From positions 415-64,414 of the forward strand of contig CANQQX010000003.1 in NCBI GenBank assembly GCA_947626115.1: a stretch of DNA of 64,000 bases. Direction: 5' to 3'. Source of the stretch: an uncultured Bacilli bacterium (GTDB lineage Bacteria > Bacillota_I > Bacilli_A > RF39 > UBA660). A program made the translations under genes and the position numbers. Below, piece by piece: positions 1 to 11,903 of this stretch (positions are counted from its first letter, which is position 1; each line of letters starts with the position of its first letter). The notes below the pieces were generated by a model, which saw nothing but the letters and a program-made list of their open reading frames with translations, had not been told where the DNA came from and made no database searches.

Positions 1-33
1 TCTTGTTTCTCTTCCTAATTTTCTATATGCCAT
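1..33 (-). CDS. rplQ: 50S ribosomal protein L17, first 11 codons only (gene runs off the left edge)
   Basis: Reverse complement of 1-33 reads MAYRKLGRETR, a typical L17 N-terminus. It lies 6 nt after the rpoA stop, which matches alpha-operon order. Confidence 0.7.
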   Translation of the reverse strand, partial: MAYRKLGRETR

Positions 34-39
34 AATCCA

Positions 40-987
40 TTACTCCTTAAATGTAAGTCCTAAATCAGCAACTTTATCTAGTACTTCTTTTAGACTCTTC
101 TTTCCTAAATTTCTAATCTTAGTAACTTCAACTTCTTTTTTATCTACTAAGTCTTGAACAGTATGAATTCCTGCTCTTTTTAAGCAATTATATGCTCTAA
201 CACTAAATTCAACTTCTTCAATTGGTGTTTCTAGAGTTTTAGTAATTGTATCAACCTTTTTCTCTTGCATCATACCAGAGAAATCAGCAATTGAATTTAA
301 ATCAGTAATAATGTTGAAATGTTCAACTAATATTTTAGCTGCTAGAGCTAATGCTTCTTCTGGAGTCATACTACCATTAGTAGTAACTTCCATAATTAAT
401 TTATCATAATTTTCATTTTGGCCAACACGAGTATCAACTACATCATATTTAACAAGTTCAATTGGTGAATATGATGAATCAATAGCGATTGTACCAACTG
501 ATGCATCTTCTAATCTCTTTTTGTTTTCTTTAGCATCAACATAACCACGACCATTTTCAACAGTCATTTCAATGTTTATTTTGCCACCCTTTACAAGATT
601 ACAAATAACTAAATCACCATTAATAATTTCAACATCAGCATCATGTTCAATCATACTAGCAGTAACAGGGCCTTCGCTATCAGCATAAACTCTAATTACT
701 TTTTTATCTTCAGTATGATTTTTAACAACTAAGTTTTTAATTGCTAGTACTATACCAGTAACATCTTCAACGACACCCTCTATTTTTTGAAATTCGTGTA
801 AAACACCATCAATTTTGATGCTAGTAACAGCACTTCCAGGTAAGCTTGATAATAATACTCTTCTTAAAGCATTACCAATAGTAGTACCAAATCCTCTTTC
901 TAATGGATCTAATTCAAATTTGCCAAAGTGATTGCTTTCTTGATATTCAGTAATTTTGTATTCCGGTTTTTCAAATTTTATCATCAT
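40..987 (-). CDS. rpoA: DNA-directed RNA polymerase subunit alpha
   Basis: The 315-aa translation (MIKFEKPEYKITEY...GNALRRVLLSSLPG...) has a C-terminal domain with AYNCLKRAGI. It follows rpsK. Confidence 0.97.
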   Translation of the reverse strand: MMIKFEKPEYKITEYQESNHFGKFELDPLERGFGTTIGNALRRVLLSSLPGSAVTSIKIDGVLHEFQKIEGVVEDVTGIVLAIKNLVVKNHTEDKKVIRVYADSEGPVTASMIEHDADVEIINGDLVICNLVKGGKINIEMTVENGRGYVDAKENKKRLEDASVGTIAIDSSYSPIELVKYDVVDTRVGQNENYDKLIMEVTTNGSMTPEEALALAAKILVEHFNIITDLNSIADFSGMMQEKKVDTITKTLETPIEEVEFSVRAYNCLKRAGIHTVQDLVDKKEVEVTKIRNLGKKSLKEVLDKVADLGLTFKE

Positions 988-1007
988 ACAATATTCCTTT
1001 CTTTTAT

Positions 1008-1391
1008 CTAATTTCTAGGTCTCTTTGGTGGACGACAACCATTGTGTGGTACTGGTGTTTCATCAATAATACTTGTAACTTCTAGACCAGCACTTTGAAG
1101 TGAACGAATGGCGTTTTCTCTTCCTGGTGCTAAACCTTTAACATGTACTTCTACTTTTTGAACTCCTTGTTCAATTGCGGCAGCTGCAGCTGCTTCAGCA
1201 GTAAGACCTGCTGCATATGGAGTTTTCTTTTTACTACCAAGATATCCTATTCTTCCAGCACTTGACCAACTTATGGCATTACCATCTTTATCAGATATAG
1301 TAACTATGGTGTTGTTATAAGTAGCGTGAATATGTGCAACGGCTTCTGGAATATTCTTTTTAACTTTTCTTTTTCTTCTATTATATGCCAT
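1008..1391 (-). CDS. rpsK: 30S ribosomal protein S11
   Basis: Translation contains [16 protein letters not shown]...[12 protein letters not shown]. Operon order is rpsM-rpsK-rpoA. Confidence 0.97.
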   Translation of the reverse strand: MAYNRRKRKVKKNIPEAVAHIHATYNNTIVTISDKDGNAISWSSAGRIGYLGSKKKTPYAAGLTAEAAAAAAIEQGVQKVEVHVKGLAPGRENAIRSLQSAGLEVTSIIDETPVPHNGCRPPKRPRN

Positions 1392-1401
1392 ATATTATCC
1401 C

Positions 1402-1776
1402 CTACTTTCCTACCTTTTTCTTGTTAGCCACAACTTTACCTCTACCTTTACGAGTTCTTGCATTACGACTAGTTCTTTGACCTCTTACAGGTAAGCCTTT
1501 CTTGTGTCTAACACCTTCATAACAATTAATTTCCATTTTGTTTTTAATGTTCATTTGAACATCACGTCTTAAATCACCTTCAACTACATATTTATCTACT
1601 TCTTTTCGTAGTGCAGTGATTTCATCATCTGTTAAATCTTTAACTTTTTTGCTTGGATCAACTTTAGCATCAAGACAAATTGTTTTTGCTAAAGGACGAC
1701 CAATACCATAAATAGCTGTAAGACCGATACAAGTATGTTTTTCATTTGGTAATTCAATATTTTTAATTCTTGCCAT
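1402..1776 (-). CDS. rpsM: 30S ribosomal protein S13
   Basis: Translation [26 protein letters not shown]... Confidence 0.97.
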   Translation of the reverse strand: MARIKNIELPNEKHTCIGLTAIYGIGRPLAKTICLDAKVDPSKKVKDLTDDEITALRKEVDKYVVEGDLRRDVQMNIKNKMEINCYEGVRHKKGLPVRGQRTSRNARTRKGRGKVVANKKKVGK

Positions 1777-1787
1777 TTAAATTCCTC

Positions 1788-1901
1788 CTAACCTTGAACT
1801 TGCTTATGTTTAGGGTTATCACAAATAACCATAACTTTGCCGTTTCTTCTAATTATTTTACATTTTTTGCATATTTTTTTTACTGATGGTCTAACTTTCA
1901 T
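1788..1901 (-). CDS. rpmJ: 50S ribosomal protein L36
   Basis: Not in the ORF track. The reverse complement reads [37 protein letters not shown] then a stop. It lies between infA and rpsM as expected. Confidence 0.9.
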   Translation of the reverse strand: MKVRPSVKKICKKCKIIRRNGKVMVICDNPKHKQVQG

Positions 1902-1913
1902 ATCAATACTCTC

Positions 1914-2174
1914 CTATCTTTTATTCCATGTTATTATCCCACGTGTTAAATCATAAGGCGATAATTGTACTGTAACGGTATCACCTGGTAGAATACGTAT
2001 CATATTAATGCGCATTTTACCAGAAACGTAGGCTTTTACAGTATGGCCATTAGGTAGTTCAACTAAATAATCTGACCCCTTTAATACTTCAATGACCTTG
2101 CCTTCAACTTCAATTTTATCATTCTTTTTAGATTCTGCCAAATTCTTATGTTTATCTTTTTTCGAATCTGCCAT
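1914..2174 (-). CDS. infA: translation initiation factor IF-1, with about 14 extra basic residues at the N-terminus
   Basis: The S1-like core is [35 protein letters not shown]... Confidence 0.95.
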   Translation of the reverse strand: MADSKKDKHKNLAESKKNDKIEVEGKVIEVLKGSDYLVELPNGHTVKAYVSGKMRINMIRILPGDTVTVQLSPYDLTRGIITWNKR

Positions 2175-2945
2175 TTATTCACTCTCCCTTTCGCTATCTT
2201 CCATATTACCTGTTAAGATAACATATCCTTCTTTTGTAACTAATACTGTGTGTTCAAAATGGGCACTAGGAAGTCCATCATCGGTTCTTATTGTCCACTC
2301 ATCATCTTCCATATAAATATGTCTAGTACCAAGATTTAACATTGGTTCAACAGCGATGACCATTCCACTTTTAAGTCTTGTATTATCATTTGTGTAGTAA
2401 TTAGGAACATCTGGATCTTCATGAACACTCATACCAACCCCATGACCAACAAGTTCTCTTACTACGCCAAGGTGATGTATTTTAGCAAAATTTTCAATTT
2501 TCTTGCCAATTTCACTTATTTTAACACCATCTTTAATAACACTCAAGCCTTCATATAGTGATTTTTTAGTATTTTCTACTAAATCTTCTATTTCTTTTGA
2601 TGCACTACCAACGATGTAAGTATTCGCGGAATCTGAATGATAACCTTTATAACATACGCCAATGTCAATAGATACAACATCTCCTTCTTTAATTTTTCTC
2701 TTAGAAGGTATGCCATGTACTACTTCGTCATTAACGGAAACACAGATACTTGCTGGGTATCCTTCAAAATTTAGAAATGAAGGAGTACAATCATGCGCTA
2801 GGATAAACTTATGAGCAATATCATTTAAAGCTTTGGTACTAATACCTGGCTTAATGTTTTTTGCTACTTCCAAATGCGTAAGATAATTTATATACCCAGC
2901 ATGTCTCATTAATTCAATTTCTCTATCACTTTTTAAACTAATCAT
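2175..2945 (-). CDS. map: methionine aminopeptidase, type I
   Basis: Metal-ligand motifs are present (DIGVCYKGYHSD, HGVGMSVHE, AVEPM, FEHTV). Position is adk-map-infA. Confidence 0.95.
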   Translation of the reverse strand: MISLKSDREIELMRHAGYINYLTHLEVAKNIKPGISTKALNDIAHKFILAHDCTPSFLNFEGYPASICVSVNDEVVHGIPSKRKIKEGDVVSIDIGVCYKGYHSDSANTYIVGSASKEIEDLVENTKKSLYEGLSVIKDGVKISEIGKKIENFAKIHHLGVVRELVGHGVGMSVHEDPDVPNYYTNDNTRLKSGMVIAVEPMLNLGTRHIYMEDDEWTIRTDDGLPSAHFEHTVLVTKEGYVILTGNMEDSERESE

Positions 2946-3580
2946 TTTAAAATTTCCTTAATCTTATCTGTTATTTCTTCATTTGATGCTAATGCATCAA
3001 TGATATGTAATTTATTTTTATTTTCATAAAATTCTTTTATTGGTTTGGTATTGTTAATAAATGTTTCAAATCTAACTTTAAAAGATTCTTCATTATCATC
3101 ACATCTTTTAGTTAAAGACTCGCCACATTTATCACAAATACCATCTTTCTTTGGTGCTAAATTCTCATAATAGATATTATAAGATGCGCCACAAGAACAT
3201 GTAAGACGTCCAAGTGCTCTTTTTAATGCTTCCTCAAATGGTAAATCTAAATAGATAACTTCATAATTATTTAAATTTAATTCTTGTAGTAAATTATCTA
3301 AAGATTCAGCTTGAGTTATTGTTCTTGGATAACCATCTAAGATAAATGGTTTAGTAATATTATCTAGTTTATTTTTAATAAGTTCATAAACTAATTCATC
3401 ACTAACTAAATTACCTTTATCAATGATTTCTTTTATTTCCATACCTAACTTACTACCACTAGATATTTCTTCTCTTAACATATCACCAGTAGAAATGTGG
3501 ATATATCCTAAATCTTCTAATCTACTACTTTGAGTTCCCTTACCTGCCGCAGGGGGCGCAATAAAAATCACACTTTTCAT
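2942..3580 (-). CDS. adk: adenylate kinase with a zinc-lid cysteine pattern
   Basis: P-loop APPAAGKGTQ and lid CSCG...CDKCG. Confidence 0.95.
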   Translation of the reverse strand: MKSVIFIAPPAAGKGTQSSRLEDLGYIHISTGDMLREEISSGSKLGMEIKEIIDKGNLVSDELVYELIKNKLDNITKPFILDGYPRTITQAESLDNLLQELNLNNYEVIYLDLPFEEALKRALGRLTCSCGASYNIYYENLAPKKDGICDKCGESLTKRCDDNEESFKVRFETFINNTKPIKEFYENKNKLHIIDALASNEEITDKIKEILK

Positions 3581-4845
3581 TATCTTATCCTTCTTCTTTT
3601 TTCTTTATAACTTCTAGCAAGCAAACTACTTTCCATTTGTTTATAAGTTTCAATTGCAACTCCTACTACGATAAGTAAACCAGTTCCACCAATAGTAACT
3701 GTACTAGGAAGAGATGTAAATTTACTTATAAGTACAGGAAGTATTGCTATAACCATTAAGAATATACTACCAACTATAGTTAGTTTACCAATAGATGAAC
3801 TAATATATTTTGATGTATCTTCTCCGGGTCTAACTCCTGGAATATAGCCACCTCTTTCATTTAAGTTTTTACTCATTTCTTCTGGGTTCATTATCATAAA
3901 TGTATAGAAGTATCCAAAGAAAATAATTAATATTAAATATAATATAATTCCGGTATTAGATGTATAAACAATATAATTATTTATAAATTCCATTGCTTTT
4001 TCATTACCAGTTAAGGCTACTATTGTTGATGGTATTGTTAGTAATATTTGAGCAAATATTACGGGAATAACACCAGCAGCATTAATTTTAATTGGTAAGA
4101 AACTTTGTTGGGCACCATAAGCAGAAGTAGTTCTATTTGCGTATTGTATAGGTATTCTTCTTTCAGCAAGTTGAATATAAATAATACCAACTAATACTAA
4201 AATATATACTAAGATGAATACTACAAATAAACATATTCCTACCCATAGAGTGTAATCACTATTGATAAATCCATTGTAAGCCCCAACAAATATTCTTGGC
4301 ATACTTTGAATAATACCAGCCATGATAATCATTGATGAACCATTACCAATACCTTTTCTCGTAATTTCATCACCTAGCCATAAACAGAATGATGTACCAG
4401 CAGTCATAACTAGAGCGGTTTTAATCATATCCATTGTACCTAGTGATGATTTCATATAGAATAGACATAAAGCATAAGCTTGAGCAAAAGCAAGTATTAT
4501 TGCTAAATATCTAGTTATTTTATTAATTTTTTGTCTACCAACATATCCTTGATCTTTTAATTCTTTGAAATATGGAATAATATCCATTTGTAATAATTGC
4601 GTAATGATGGATGCAGTAATGTAAGGAGAAACTCCTAAAGCAAAGATGGAGAAGTTTTGTAAACCACCACCACTCATTAAGTTAAATATTTCTAAGAATC
4701 CTAAATCTTGATAGATTTTAGATGCCCAAGGAATAGTAACTGTTGTACCTAGACAAAATATTCCTAAACATAGAAGCGTAAAATAAATTCTATGTCTTAA
4801 ATCTTTATTGGATTTACTAAATAATTGGGAAAACCCACGAAACAT
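3580..4845 (-). CDS. secY: preprotein translocase subunit SecY
   Basis: 421-aa polytopic protein between rplO and adk. Confidence 0.97.
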   Translation of the reverse strand: MFRGFSQLFSKSNKDLRHRIYFTLLCLGIFCLGTTVTIPWASKIYQDLGFLEIFNLMSGGGLQNFSIFALGVSPYITASIITQLLQMDIIPYFKELKDQGYVGRQKINKITRYLAIILAFAQAYALCLFYMKSSLGTMDMIKTALVMTAGTSFCLWLGDEITRKGIGNGSSMIIMAGIIQSMPRIFVGAYNGFINSDYTLWVGICLFVVFILVYILVLVGIIYIQLAERRIPIQYANRTTSAYGAQQSFLPIKINAAGVIPVIFAQILLTIPSTIVALTGNEKAMEFINNYIVYTSNTGIILYLILIIFFGYFYTFMIMNPEEMSKNLNERGGYIPGVRPGEDTSKYISSSIGKLTIVGSIFLMVIAILPVLISKFTSLPSTVTIGGTGLLIVVGVAIETYKQMESSLLARSYKEKRRRIR

Positions 4846-5289
4846 CTAAATCACCTCGGCTTTGCCACCGGCTTCTTCAATTTTAGTTACAGCTTTAGAA
4901 GAAAATCTTTGTGCTTTAATAGTAAGTTTTTTTTCTATTGTACCAGTAGCTAAAACTTTAATTCCAGCCAAGCTTTTTTTAATTATTCCTCTTTCTTTTA
5001 AAATTTCTGGTGTTACAACATCACCATCTTTGAAGAAATTATTTAAATCACTAAGATTAATTGTTGCATATTCGCATCTAAATCTTTTGTTATTAAATCC
5101 TCTTTTAGGTATTCTTCTATATAATGGAGATTGTCCACCTTGGAACCATGCAGGAATAGAAGCACCACTTCTAGACTTTTGACCATTTTCACCACGAGTA
5201 GCAGTTTTACCCATACCTGAGCCTGGTCCTCTTCCTACTCTTTTTATTCCTTTAGTTTCTTTAGATTTTGGTAAATTTTCTAGTTTCAT
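4846..5289 (-). CDS. rplO: 50S ribosomal protein L15
   Basis: Translation contains KRVGRGPGSGMGKTATRG. Confidence 0.95.
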   Translation of the reverse strand: MKLENLPKSKETKGIKRVGRGPGSGMGKTATRGENGQKSRSGASIPAWFQGGQSPLYRRIPKRGFNNKRFRCEYATINLSDLNNFFKDGDVVTPEILKERGIIKKSLAGIKVLATGTIEKKLTIKAQRFSSKAVTKIEEAGGKAEVI

Positions 5290-5807
5290 TATAATTCCTC
5301 CACTTTCTTGCCACGAAGTTCTGCAATATGTTCTGGAGTTCTTTGAGCTTGTAAACCTTTAAGAGTTGCTTTAGCAACATTGATTTGCGTATTGGCTCCT
5401 AAACTTTTCGCAACGATATCTTTAACACCGGCTAGTTCAAGGACAGCTCTTGCTGCACCACCAGCAATGATTCCACGACCTTCTTTAGCAGGTTTAATTA
5501 GTACAACACTACGACCAACTTTACCAGTCTCTTCATGTGGAATTGTTCTATTATCGATTAAAGATATTCTTACAACATTTTTATTGGCAGCTTGAATAGC
5601 TTTTTTAATTGCTTCAGAAACTTCATTAGATTTGCCAGTACCAATTCCTACTAAACCTTTTCTGTTACCAACAGCAACATCAGCTTTAAAACGGAAATGT
5701 CTACCACCTTTAGTAACTTTTGTTACCTTAGATATAGAGATAACTTTTTCTTCTAATAAGTTTTTCTTCGCATCATTATTTTTACGATTAAACGGTTTCT
5801 TTTCCAT
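5289..5807 (-). CDS. rpsE: 30S ribosomal protein S5
   Basis: Translation contains [21 protein letters not shown]. It abuts rplO directly, so there is no L30 gene between them. Confidence 0.96.
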   Translation of the reverse strand: MEKKPFNRKNNDAKKNLLEEKVISISKVTKVTKGGRHFRFKADVAVGNRKGLVGIGTGKSNEVSEAIKKAIQAANKNVVRISLIDNRTIPHEETGKVGRSVVLIKPAKEGRGIIAGGAARAVLELAGVKDIVAKSLGANTQINVAKATLKGLQAQRTPEHIAELRGKKVEEL

Positions 5808-5816
5808 GCTTCCTCC

Positions 5817-6173
5817 TTATATCTCTAATCCTGCTTCTCTAGCAGCATCTGCTAGAGCGCTTACACGACCATGATATAAGTAACCACCACGGTCAAAAAC
5901 TACTTTATTAATTTTTGCTTTTTTACATTTTTCAGCAATATCTTTACCTACTAATTTAGCAGCTTCAATATTACCACCATTAGCTATTTTTAAACTACGG
6001 CTTGAAGATGATACTAGTGTTGTTCCAGTTACATCATCAATTACTTGAGCGTAAATTTCAGAATTGGAACGAAATACATTAAGTCTTGGCATTTCTTTAG
6101 TACCACTTATATTTTTTCTAACTCTTGTATGTCTTATTTTACGAAGAGTATTTCTAGATTCTTTTTTTATCAT
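5817..6173 (-). CDS. rplR: 50S ribosomal protein L18
   Basis: Translation contains [18 protein letters not shown]...YHGRV. Confidence 0.96.
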   Translation of the reverse strand: MIKKESRNTLRKIRHTRVRKNISGTKEMPRLNVFRSNSEIYAQVIDDVTGTTLVSSSSRSLKIANGGNIEAAKLVGKDIAEKCKKAKINKVVFDRGGYLYHGRVSALADAAREAGLEI

Positions 6174-6184
6174 ATTTTACCTCC

Positions 6185-6721
6185 TTAAGCCGCTTTCTTT
6201 CCTTCTTTACGACGAACATATTCATCTTTATAACGAATACCTTTACCTTTATATGGTTCAGGTTCTCTTATCTTACGAACATTAGCCGCAAATTCAGAAA
6301 CTTTTTGTTTATCAATACCTTTAATTGTTATTTCTGTATTACTTACTAGTTCTGCTTTTAGTCCTTCAGGAACTACTACTTCAACTGGATGTGAGTAACC
6401 AGCATTAACAACTATTTTGTTTCCTTGAACATTGAAACGGTAACCAACACCGATAGCTTCTAATCCTTTTTCAAAACCTTTTGATACACCAATTAACATA
6501 TTATTAATTAATGAATTAACAGTTCCTTGCATCATATTAGCAGTCTTTGAAAGACTAACTTGTTTAGTTTTAACAGTACCTTCTTCAACTACTACTGAAA
6601 TTAAAGGATTAACATCTAGGGTAAGTTCACCTTTACTACCTTTAACTAATAACTTATTACCATCAATTGTAACAGTTACACCTTCAGGTATATTTAATTT
6701 TCTTTCACCTATTCTACTCAT
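6185..6721 (-). CDS. rplF: 50S ribosomal protein L6
   Basis: Translation MSRIGERKLNIPEGVTV... Confidence 0.96.
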   Translation of the reverse strand: MSRIGERKLNIPEGVTVTIDGNKLLVKGSKGELTLDVNPLISVVVEEGTVKTKQVSLSKTANMMQGTVNSLINNMLIGVSKGFEKGLEAIGVGYRFNVQGNKIVVNAGYSHPVEVVVPEGLKAELVSNTEITIKGIDKQKVSEFAANVRKIREPEPYKGKGIRYKDEYVRRKEGKKAA

Positions 6722-6727
6722 AATTAC

Positions 6728-7126
6728 TTACCAAATATAGGCAAGGACTTCGCCTCCTAACTTTTGGCTTCTTGCTTCTTTATCAGTCATTAGACCTTTA
6801 GAAGTAGAAATTATAGCAATACCTAAGCCGTTTAGAACACGAGGAACTTCATCAGCTTTAGCATATACTCTTAAACCAGATTTACTAATTCTTCTTAAGC
6901 CAGTAATAACTCTTTCTTTTTTAGCACCATATTTAAGAGTTAATGTTAAATTATCACCTTGGGTACTTTTTTCATATTTAAAATCTTCTATGTAACCTTC
7001 ACGCTTTAATATTTCCGCAATACCTAAAGTCATCTTTGTACCAATTACAGTAACTTCAGGATATCTCATAATATTAGCGTTTCTTATACGAGTTAACATA
7101 TCTGCTATTTTATCTTGTACAAACAT
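6728..7126 (-). CDS. rpsH: 30S ribosomal protein S8
   Basis: Translation contains [14 protein letters not shown] prefer the ATG at 7126, which follows a GGAGG, over the track start at 7147. This also removes the overlap with rpsN. Confidence 0.95.
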   Translation of the reverse strand: MFVQDKIADMLTRIRNANIMRYPEVTVIGTKMTLGIAEILKREGYIEDFKYEKSTQGDNLTLTLKYGAKKERVITGLRRISKSGLRVYAKADEVPRVLNGLGIAIISTSKGLMTDKEARSQKLGGEVLAYIW

Positions 7127-7140
7127 ATTTGCTCCTCCTT

Positions 7141-7326
7141 CTACCAACTTGATTTCTTGACGCCAGGAATTTGACCTTTATTTGCTAGTTCTCTAAAACA
7201 AATACGACATAATTTGAATTTAGATAAAACTGCATGTGGTCTTCCGCATCTTTCACATCTTGTATATTCTCTAGTCGAAAATTTTTGTTTACGACTATTT
7301 TTAACAATCATACTTTTCTTTGCCAT
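7141..7326 (-). CDS. rpsN: 30S ribosomal protein S14, type Z (zinc form)
   Basis: 61 aa with [10 protein letters not shown]...CRIC. Confidence 0.95.
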   Translation of the reverse strand: MAKKSMIVKNSRKQKFSTREYTRCERCGRPHAVLSKFKLCRICFRELANKGQIPGVKKSSW

Positions 7327-7334
7327 AACTTCAC

Positions 7335-7874
7335 CTAACCTTTAAATGGCATTCCAAATGCCTTAAGTAATGCAAGTGCTTCTTCATTACTCTTTGCTGT
7401 TGTAACAAAGACGATATCCATTCCTCTAACTTTATAAACATTGTCATATTCAATTTCTGGGAAGATTAATTGTTCTTTAATTCCTAAAGTATAATTACCA
7501 TTACCATCAAAAGCATGAGCAGATATACCACGAAAATCACGAACTCTTGGTAAACCAATTTTAATTAATTTTTCCATGAAATTGTACATATTTTCACCTC
7601 TAAGTGTTACTTTAACACCAACAGGTTGACCTTCTCTTAATTTAAAGCCAGCGATTGATTTACGAGCATTTGTAATAATTGGATGTTGACCTGTAATAAG
7701 TTCAAGATCTTTTTGGGCAGCTTCAATAAATTTAACATCATGACTACCTTCACCAACGCCCATATTAATAACAATTTTATCTAGACGTGGAACTTGCATT
7801 ATACTTTTATATGAAAATTCTTTCATTAAATCTTTTTTTATTGTTTTATCATATAGTTCTTTAAAATTACTCAT
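7335..7874 (-). CDS. rplE: 50S ribosomal protein L5
   Basis: Translation and spc-operon order. Confidence 0.96.
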   Translation of the reverse strand: MSNFKELYDKTIKKDLMKEFSYKSIMQVPRLDKIVINMGVGEGSHDVKFIEAAQKDLELITGQHPIITNARKSIAGFKLREGQPVGVKVTLRGENMYNFMEKLIKIGLPRVRDFRGISAHAFDGNGNYTLGIKEQLIFPEIEYDNVYKVRGMDIVFVTTAKSNEEALALLKAFGMPFKG

Positions 7875-7882
7875 AAATTCAC

Positions 7883-8224
7883 CTACTTACTAGCTTTCTT
7901 GGTAGTTTTCTTTTCAGTTGTTTTTTTAGTTTCTTTCTTTGTTGTTTTTGTTTCTTTTCCTTCTACCTTTTTAGTTTCTTTTTTAACTTCTTTTTTTGGT
8001 TTTTCATCTTTAACTAATTTAACATTAGAAATATGAATTGGCATTTCGATATCAAAAATACCACCTTTATCTTCATTAGTTCTAGGTTTTGTATGTCTTT
8101 TAGATATATTAATACCTTCAACAACAACTTTTTGGGCATTTTTAAATGTCTTTAAAACTTTACCAGTTTTGCCTTTATCTTCACCAGCAATAACCATTAC
8201 ATTGTCATTTACTTTTATTTTCAT
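7883..8224 (-). CDS. rplX: 50S ribosomal protein L24 with a Lys/Thr/Glu-rich C-terminal tail
   Basis: KOW core [15 protein letters not shown]. The tail is [25 protein letters not shown]... Confidence 0.95.
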   Translation of the reverse strand: MKIKVNDNVMVIAGEDKGKTGKVLKTFKNAQKVVVEGINISKRHTKPRTNEDKGGIFDIEMPIHISNVKLVKDEKPKKEVKKETKKVEGKETKTTKKETKKTTEKKTTKKASK

Positions 8225-8232
8225 ATATCCTC

Positions 8233-8601
8233 CTATAAAACCTCAGGAGCTAAAGATACGATCTTCATATAATCTTTTTCTCTTAATTCTCTAGCTACTG
8301 GACCTAGTACTCTTGTACCAACTGGTGATTTATCATCTCTAATAATAACGCAAGCATTATCATCAAATTTGATATAACTACCATCAGCACGACGAACACC
8401 TTCAACAGTTCTTACGATAACAGCTTTTACAACTTTACCTTTTGGCATATTACTATTAGGAATAGCTTTTTTAACAGTACCAACAACAACATCACCAATG
8501 TTACCGCTTCTAACTTTAGATCCGCCTAAAACTTTAATTACTAAAAGTTCACGAGCGCCTGTATTGTCAGCAACTTTTAATCTTGTTTCTTGACTAACCA
8601 T
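8233..8601 (-). CDS. rplN: 50S ribosomal protein L14
   Basis: Translation contains [21 protein letters not shown]. Confidence 0.97.
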   Translation of the reverse strand: MVSQETRLKVADNTGARELLVIKVLGGSKVRSGNIGDVVVGTVKKAIPNSNMPKGKVVKAVIVRTVEGVRRADGSYIKFDDNACVIIRDDKSPVGTRVLGPVARELREKDYMKIVSLAPEVL

Positions 8602-8611
8602 AATATACCTC

Positions 8612-8869
8612 CTAAAGTACTACAGCTTTTTCTAAGACTTCAACTAATTCGTATTTCTTAGTTTTAGAAATAGGTTTAGTCATTCTTATTCTAACTGTAT
8701 CTCCTATATTTGCTTTATTCTTTTCATCATGTGTTGCATATTTTTTAGAATATTTAACACGTTTATTATATAGTGGATGACGCTTGTAAGTTTCAACTAA
8801 AACAGTGATAGTCTTATCATTTTTACTACTTACTACTTTTCCAACTAATTCTTGTACTCTTTTAGCCAT
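8612..8869 (-). CDS. rpsQ: 30S ribosomal protein S17
   Basis: Translation and operon order. Confidence 0.95.
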   Translation of the reverse strand: MAKRVQELVGKVVSSKNDKTITVLVETYKRHPLYNKRVKYSKKYATHDEKNKANIGDTVRIRMTKPISKTKKYELVEVLEKAVVL

Positions 8870-9072
8870 TATTTACGTCCCTCCTCTATTTCTCTTTCTT
8901 TAAGAACAGTTTTCATTTTAGCAACATCTTTTCTTAATGCTCTAAGTTCAGTTGGATGTTCTAAAGTACCATTTGCTTGTTGCATTCTTTTAGTGAATAA
9001 TTCTTCTTTTGTACTAATTATCTTTTTCTTTAAATCAGCATCAGATAATTTTCTAATATCTTTAATATCCAC
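8869..9072 (-). CDS. rpmC: 50S ribosomal protein L29
   Basis: 67-aa helical protein between rplP and rpsQ. Confidence 0.93.
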   Translation of the reverse strand: MDIKDIRKLSDADLKKKIISTKEELFTKRMQQANGTLEHPTELRALRKDVAKMKTVLKEREIEEGRK

Positions 9073-9074
9073 TG

Positions 9075-9488
9075 TTATTCACCGTCCTTTTTAACAAATT
9101 TACATTTGATAGGTAGTTTATGAGAAGCAAGTCTTAAAGCTTCACGAGCAACTGCTTCTTCAACTTCACTAATTTCAAACATAATTTTACCTTCTTTAAC
9201 TACGGCAACATATTGTTCTACGTTACCTTTACCTTTACCTTGACGAGTTTCAAGAGGTTTCATAGTTAATGGTAAATGTGGGAATATATTAATAAATACT
9301 TTTCCACCACGTTTCATATAACGAGTCATAGCAATACGAGCTGCTTCAATTTGACGAGCAGAAACCCAATTACCTTCTAAAGCCATTAAACCATAATCAC
9401 CTTTAGTAAGGGTTGTATTTCCTTTAGCATGACCATCATATGTTAATCTATGCGACTTTCTATATTTAGTCCTTTTTGGCATCAACAT
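9075..9488 (-). CDS. rplP: 50S ribosomal protein L16
   Basis: Translation [14 protein letters not shown]... Confidence 0.96.
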   Translation of the reverse strand: MLMPKRTKYRKSHRLTYDGHAKGNTTLTKGDYGLMALEGNWVSARQIEAARIAMTRYMKRGGKVFINIFPHLPLTMKPLETRQGKGKGNVEQYVAVVKEGKIMFEISEVEEAVAREALRLASHKLPIKCKFVKKDGE

Positions 9489-10146
9489 CTGAAGTCGCCT
9501 CCTTTTTAACTAATTTTTTAGCAGGTAGGATTTCATCTTTATAAATCCATACTTTTACACCGATCTTACCATAAGTTGTATTTGCTTCACTTTGTGCATA
9601 ATCGATATCAGCACGAATTGTATGAAGAGGAACTGTTCCTTCAGTATAACCTTCACTACGAGCCATTTCTACACCATTAAGTCTTCCAGATACTAAAGTT
9701 TTAATTCCTTTAGCACCAGCTTTCATTGTATCTCTAATTGCGCGTTTTTGAGCTGCTCTAAATGGTGCTCTATTTTCGATTTGCATTGCAATATTATCGG
9801 CAACTAATTTAGCATTTAAATTAGGATTTTTTTCTTCTAAAATGTTAATAAATACTTCTTCATTAACAAGTTTAGCAACCTTCTTACGAAGTTTTTCGAT
9901 ATCTTCACCGCCACGACCAATGATTATACCTGGTTTAGCAGTTTTAATTGTAACATCTACTCTATTTTTCTTTCTTTCAATAATTACAGAAGATATTGAA
10001 GCATCTTTTAATGTTTTTAAGATATATTCACGAATTTTAATATCTTTATTTAAATTAGTGGCATAATCTTTTTTAGCATACCAACGAGAATCCCAATCTT
10101 TATTAACGCCTAAACGATATCCGACTGGATTAACTTTTTGTCCCAT
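9466..10146 (-). CDS. rpsC: 30S ribosomal protein S3
   Basis: Translation [18 protein letters not shown]... The 3' end overlaps the rplP start by about 20 nt. Confidence 0.96.
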   Translation of the reverse strand: MGQKVNPVGYRLGVNKDWDSRWYAKKDYATNLNKDIKIREYILKTLKDASISSVIIERKKNRVDVTIKTAKPGIIIGRGGEDIEKLRKKVAKLVNEEVFINILEEKNPNLNAKLVADNIAMQIENRAPFRAAQKRAIRDTMKAGAKGIKTLVSGRLNGVEMARSEGYTEGTVPLHTIRADIDYAQSEANTTYGKIGVKVWIYKDEILPAKKLVKKEATSDVDAKKD

Positions 10147-10502
10147 TATGCTTCACTTCCTTCCATAACTTTGTTATCAGTAACAACTACTTTAATATGA
10201 CTAGTTCTCTTATCATGTCTGTCAACATTTCCACGAGATGCAAATTGAATTCTTTTTAATGTTCTTCCTGGATTTACAAAACATTCTTTGATAACTAAAT
10301 CATCTTCGTTCATACTATAGTTATTAACAGCATTAGCTACAGCAGAGTTTAATACTTTAAGTATCATTCTACTAGCTTTTGTGTTAGTAACTTCTAAAAT
10401 ATTTCTAGCAGTTTTAACATCTTTGCCTCTAACTAAATCCATAGTCATTCGAGCAAGACGAGGTTTAATAATAGCACCTTTATGAATTGCGTAAGCTTCC
10501 AT
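10146..10502 (-). CDS. rplV: 50S ribosomal protein L22
   Basis: Translation and operon order. Confidence 0.95.
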   Translation of the reverse strand: MEAYAIHKGAIIKPRLARMTMDLVRGKDVKTARNILEVTNTKASRMILKVLNSAVANAVNNYSMNEDDLVIKECFVNPGRTLKRIQFASRGNVDRHDKRTSHIKVVVTDNKVMEGSEA

Positions 10503-10771
10503 TATTTATTACCTCCACCAGCATGGCCAGTAAATTTACGAGTAAGTGCAAATTCACCTAATTTATGACCAACCATTTCTTCAGTTATATAAACTGGAAT
10601 AAAATCTTTACCATTATGTACTGCAATTGTATGTCCTACAAATTCAGGAAAAATAGTACTTCTTCTTGACCAAGTTTTAATAACTGTCTTTTTATTTTCT
10701 TTATTTAAGTTTTGGACCTTTTTTAAAAGTGATTCTTCAACATAAGGTCCTTTTTTCAAACTTCTTGCCAT
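10502..10771 (-). CDS. rpsS: 30S ribosomal protein S19
   Basis: Translation [11 protein letters not shown]...[11 protein letters not shown]. Confidence 0.97.
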   Translation of the reverse strand: MARSLKKGPYVEESLLKKVQNLNKENKKTVIKTWSRRSTIFPEFVGHTIAVHNGKDFIPVYITEEMVGHKLGEFALTRKFTGHAGGGNK

Positions 10772-10780
10772 ATTGTCCTC

Positions 10781-11614
10781 CTATTTACTCTTCCTACTGA
10801 TTATTAATTTTTCAGAAGCTTTCTTAGTTTTACGAGTTTTATGACCAAGGGCAGGTTTACCCCAAGGAGTCATAGGACTCTTACGACCAACAGGTGCTCT
10901 ACCTTCACCACCACCATGTGGGTGATCGTTAGGGTTCATAACACTACCACGGTTAGTAGGTCTAATTCCCATATGTCTTTTTCTTCCAGCTTTACCTAAG
11001 TTAACTAGATTAACATCTTCGTTACCTACTACACCAACTGTAGCAATACAAGTACCTAATACTTTTCTTGTTTCACCAGATTGTAAACGAACGATTACAT
11101 ATTTACCATCACGGCCAAGGATTTGGGCACTTGTACCAGCAGAACGACATAATTCTGCACCTTTACCTGGTTTTAATTCTAGACAATGAATCATTGTACC
11201 AACTGGAATATTTTGAATAGGCAAAGCATTACCAACTTTGATATCAGCACCCTCACCATTTTCAATAATCATATTAACTTTTAATCCTTGTGGCGCAATG
11301 ATATATTTCTTTTCACCATCACGATAGTTAATTAATGCAATATTTGCATTTCTATTTGGATCGTATTCAATACTAGCTACACGACCAGTAATCCCAACTT
11401 TATTTCTTTTATAATCAATAACACGGTATTTTTTGGTAGCTCCACCACCAATATGGCGAACTGTCATTTTACCTTGATTATTTCTTCCACCAGTTTTCTT
11501 TACTTTAACAACTAAAGATTTAGTAGGATTATTTTTAACTGTTAACTCTTCGTTATTTAAAGTAGACATACCTCTGCGACCATTTGTCGTAGGTTTATAA
11601 TGTTTTATTGCCAT
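10781..11614 (-). CDS. rplB: 50S ribosomal protein L2
   Basis: Translation [14 protein letters not shown]...[12 protein letters not shown]. Confidence 0.97.
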   Translation of the reverse strand: MAIKHYKPTTNGRRGMSTLNNEELTVKNNPTKSLVVKVKKTGGRNNQGKMTVRHIGGGATKKYRVIDYKRNKVGITGRVASIEYDPNRNANIALINYRDGEKKYIIAPQGLKVNMIIENGEGADIKVGNALPIQNIPVGTMIHCLELKPGKGAELCRSAGTSAQILGRDGKYVIVRLQSGETRKVLGTCIATVGVVGNEDVNLVNLGKAGRKRHMGIRPTNRGSVMNPNDHPHGGGEGRAPVGRKSPMTPWGKPALGHKTRKTKKASEKLIISRKSK

Positions 11615-11627
11615 TTTTTAGAGCCTC

Positions 11628-11903
11628 CTATAAATCTATGGTAGAGCCATCTTTAAGAGTAACAATTGCTTTTTTGTATGTTTTTGTCATACCAGCATAT
11701 CTACCCACTCTACGCTTTTTAGCTTTAGTATTTAAGGTATTAACACTTTTAACACTAACTTTAAATGCATCTTCTACAGCTTTTTTAATTTCATCTTTAG
11801 TAGCATCTTTAACTACTTTAAAGATATATACATTATTTTGTCTTTCAGCCATAGATTTTTCAGTAATAACTGGCGCTATAATAATATCACTATAATGTTT
11901 CAT
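11628..11903 (-). CDS. rplW: 50S ribosomal protein L23
   Basis: Translation and operon order. Confidence 0.94.
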   Translation of the reverse strand: MKHYSDIIIAPVITEKSMAERQNNVYIFKVVKDATKDEIKKAVEDAFKVSVKSVNTLNTKAKKRRVGRYAGMTKTYKKAIVTLKDGSTIDL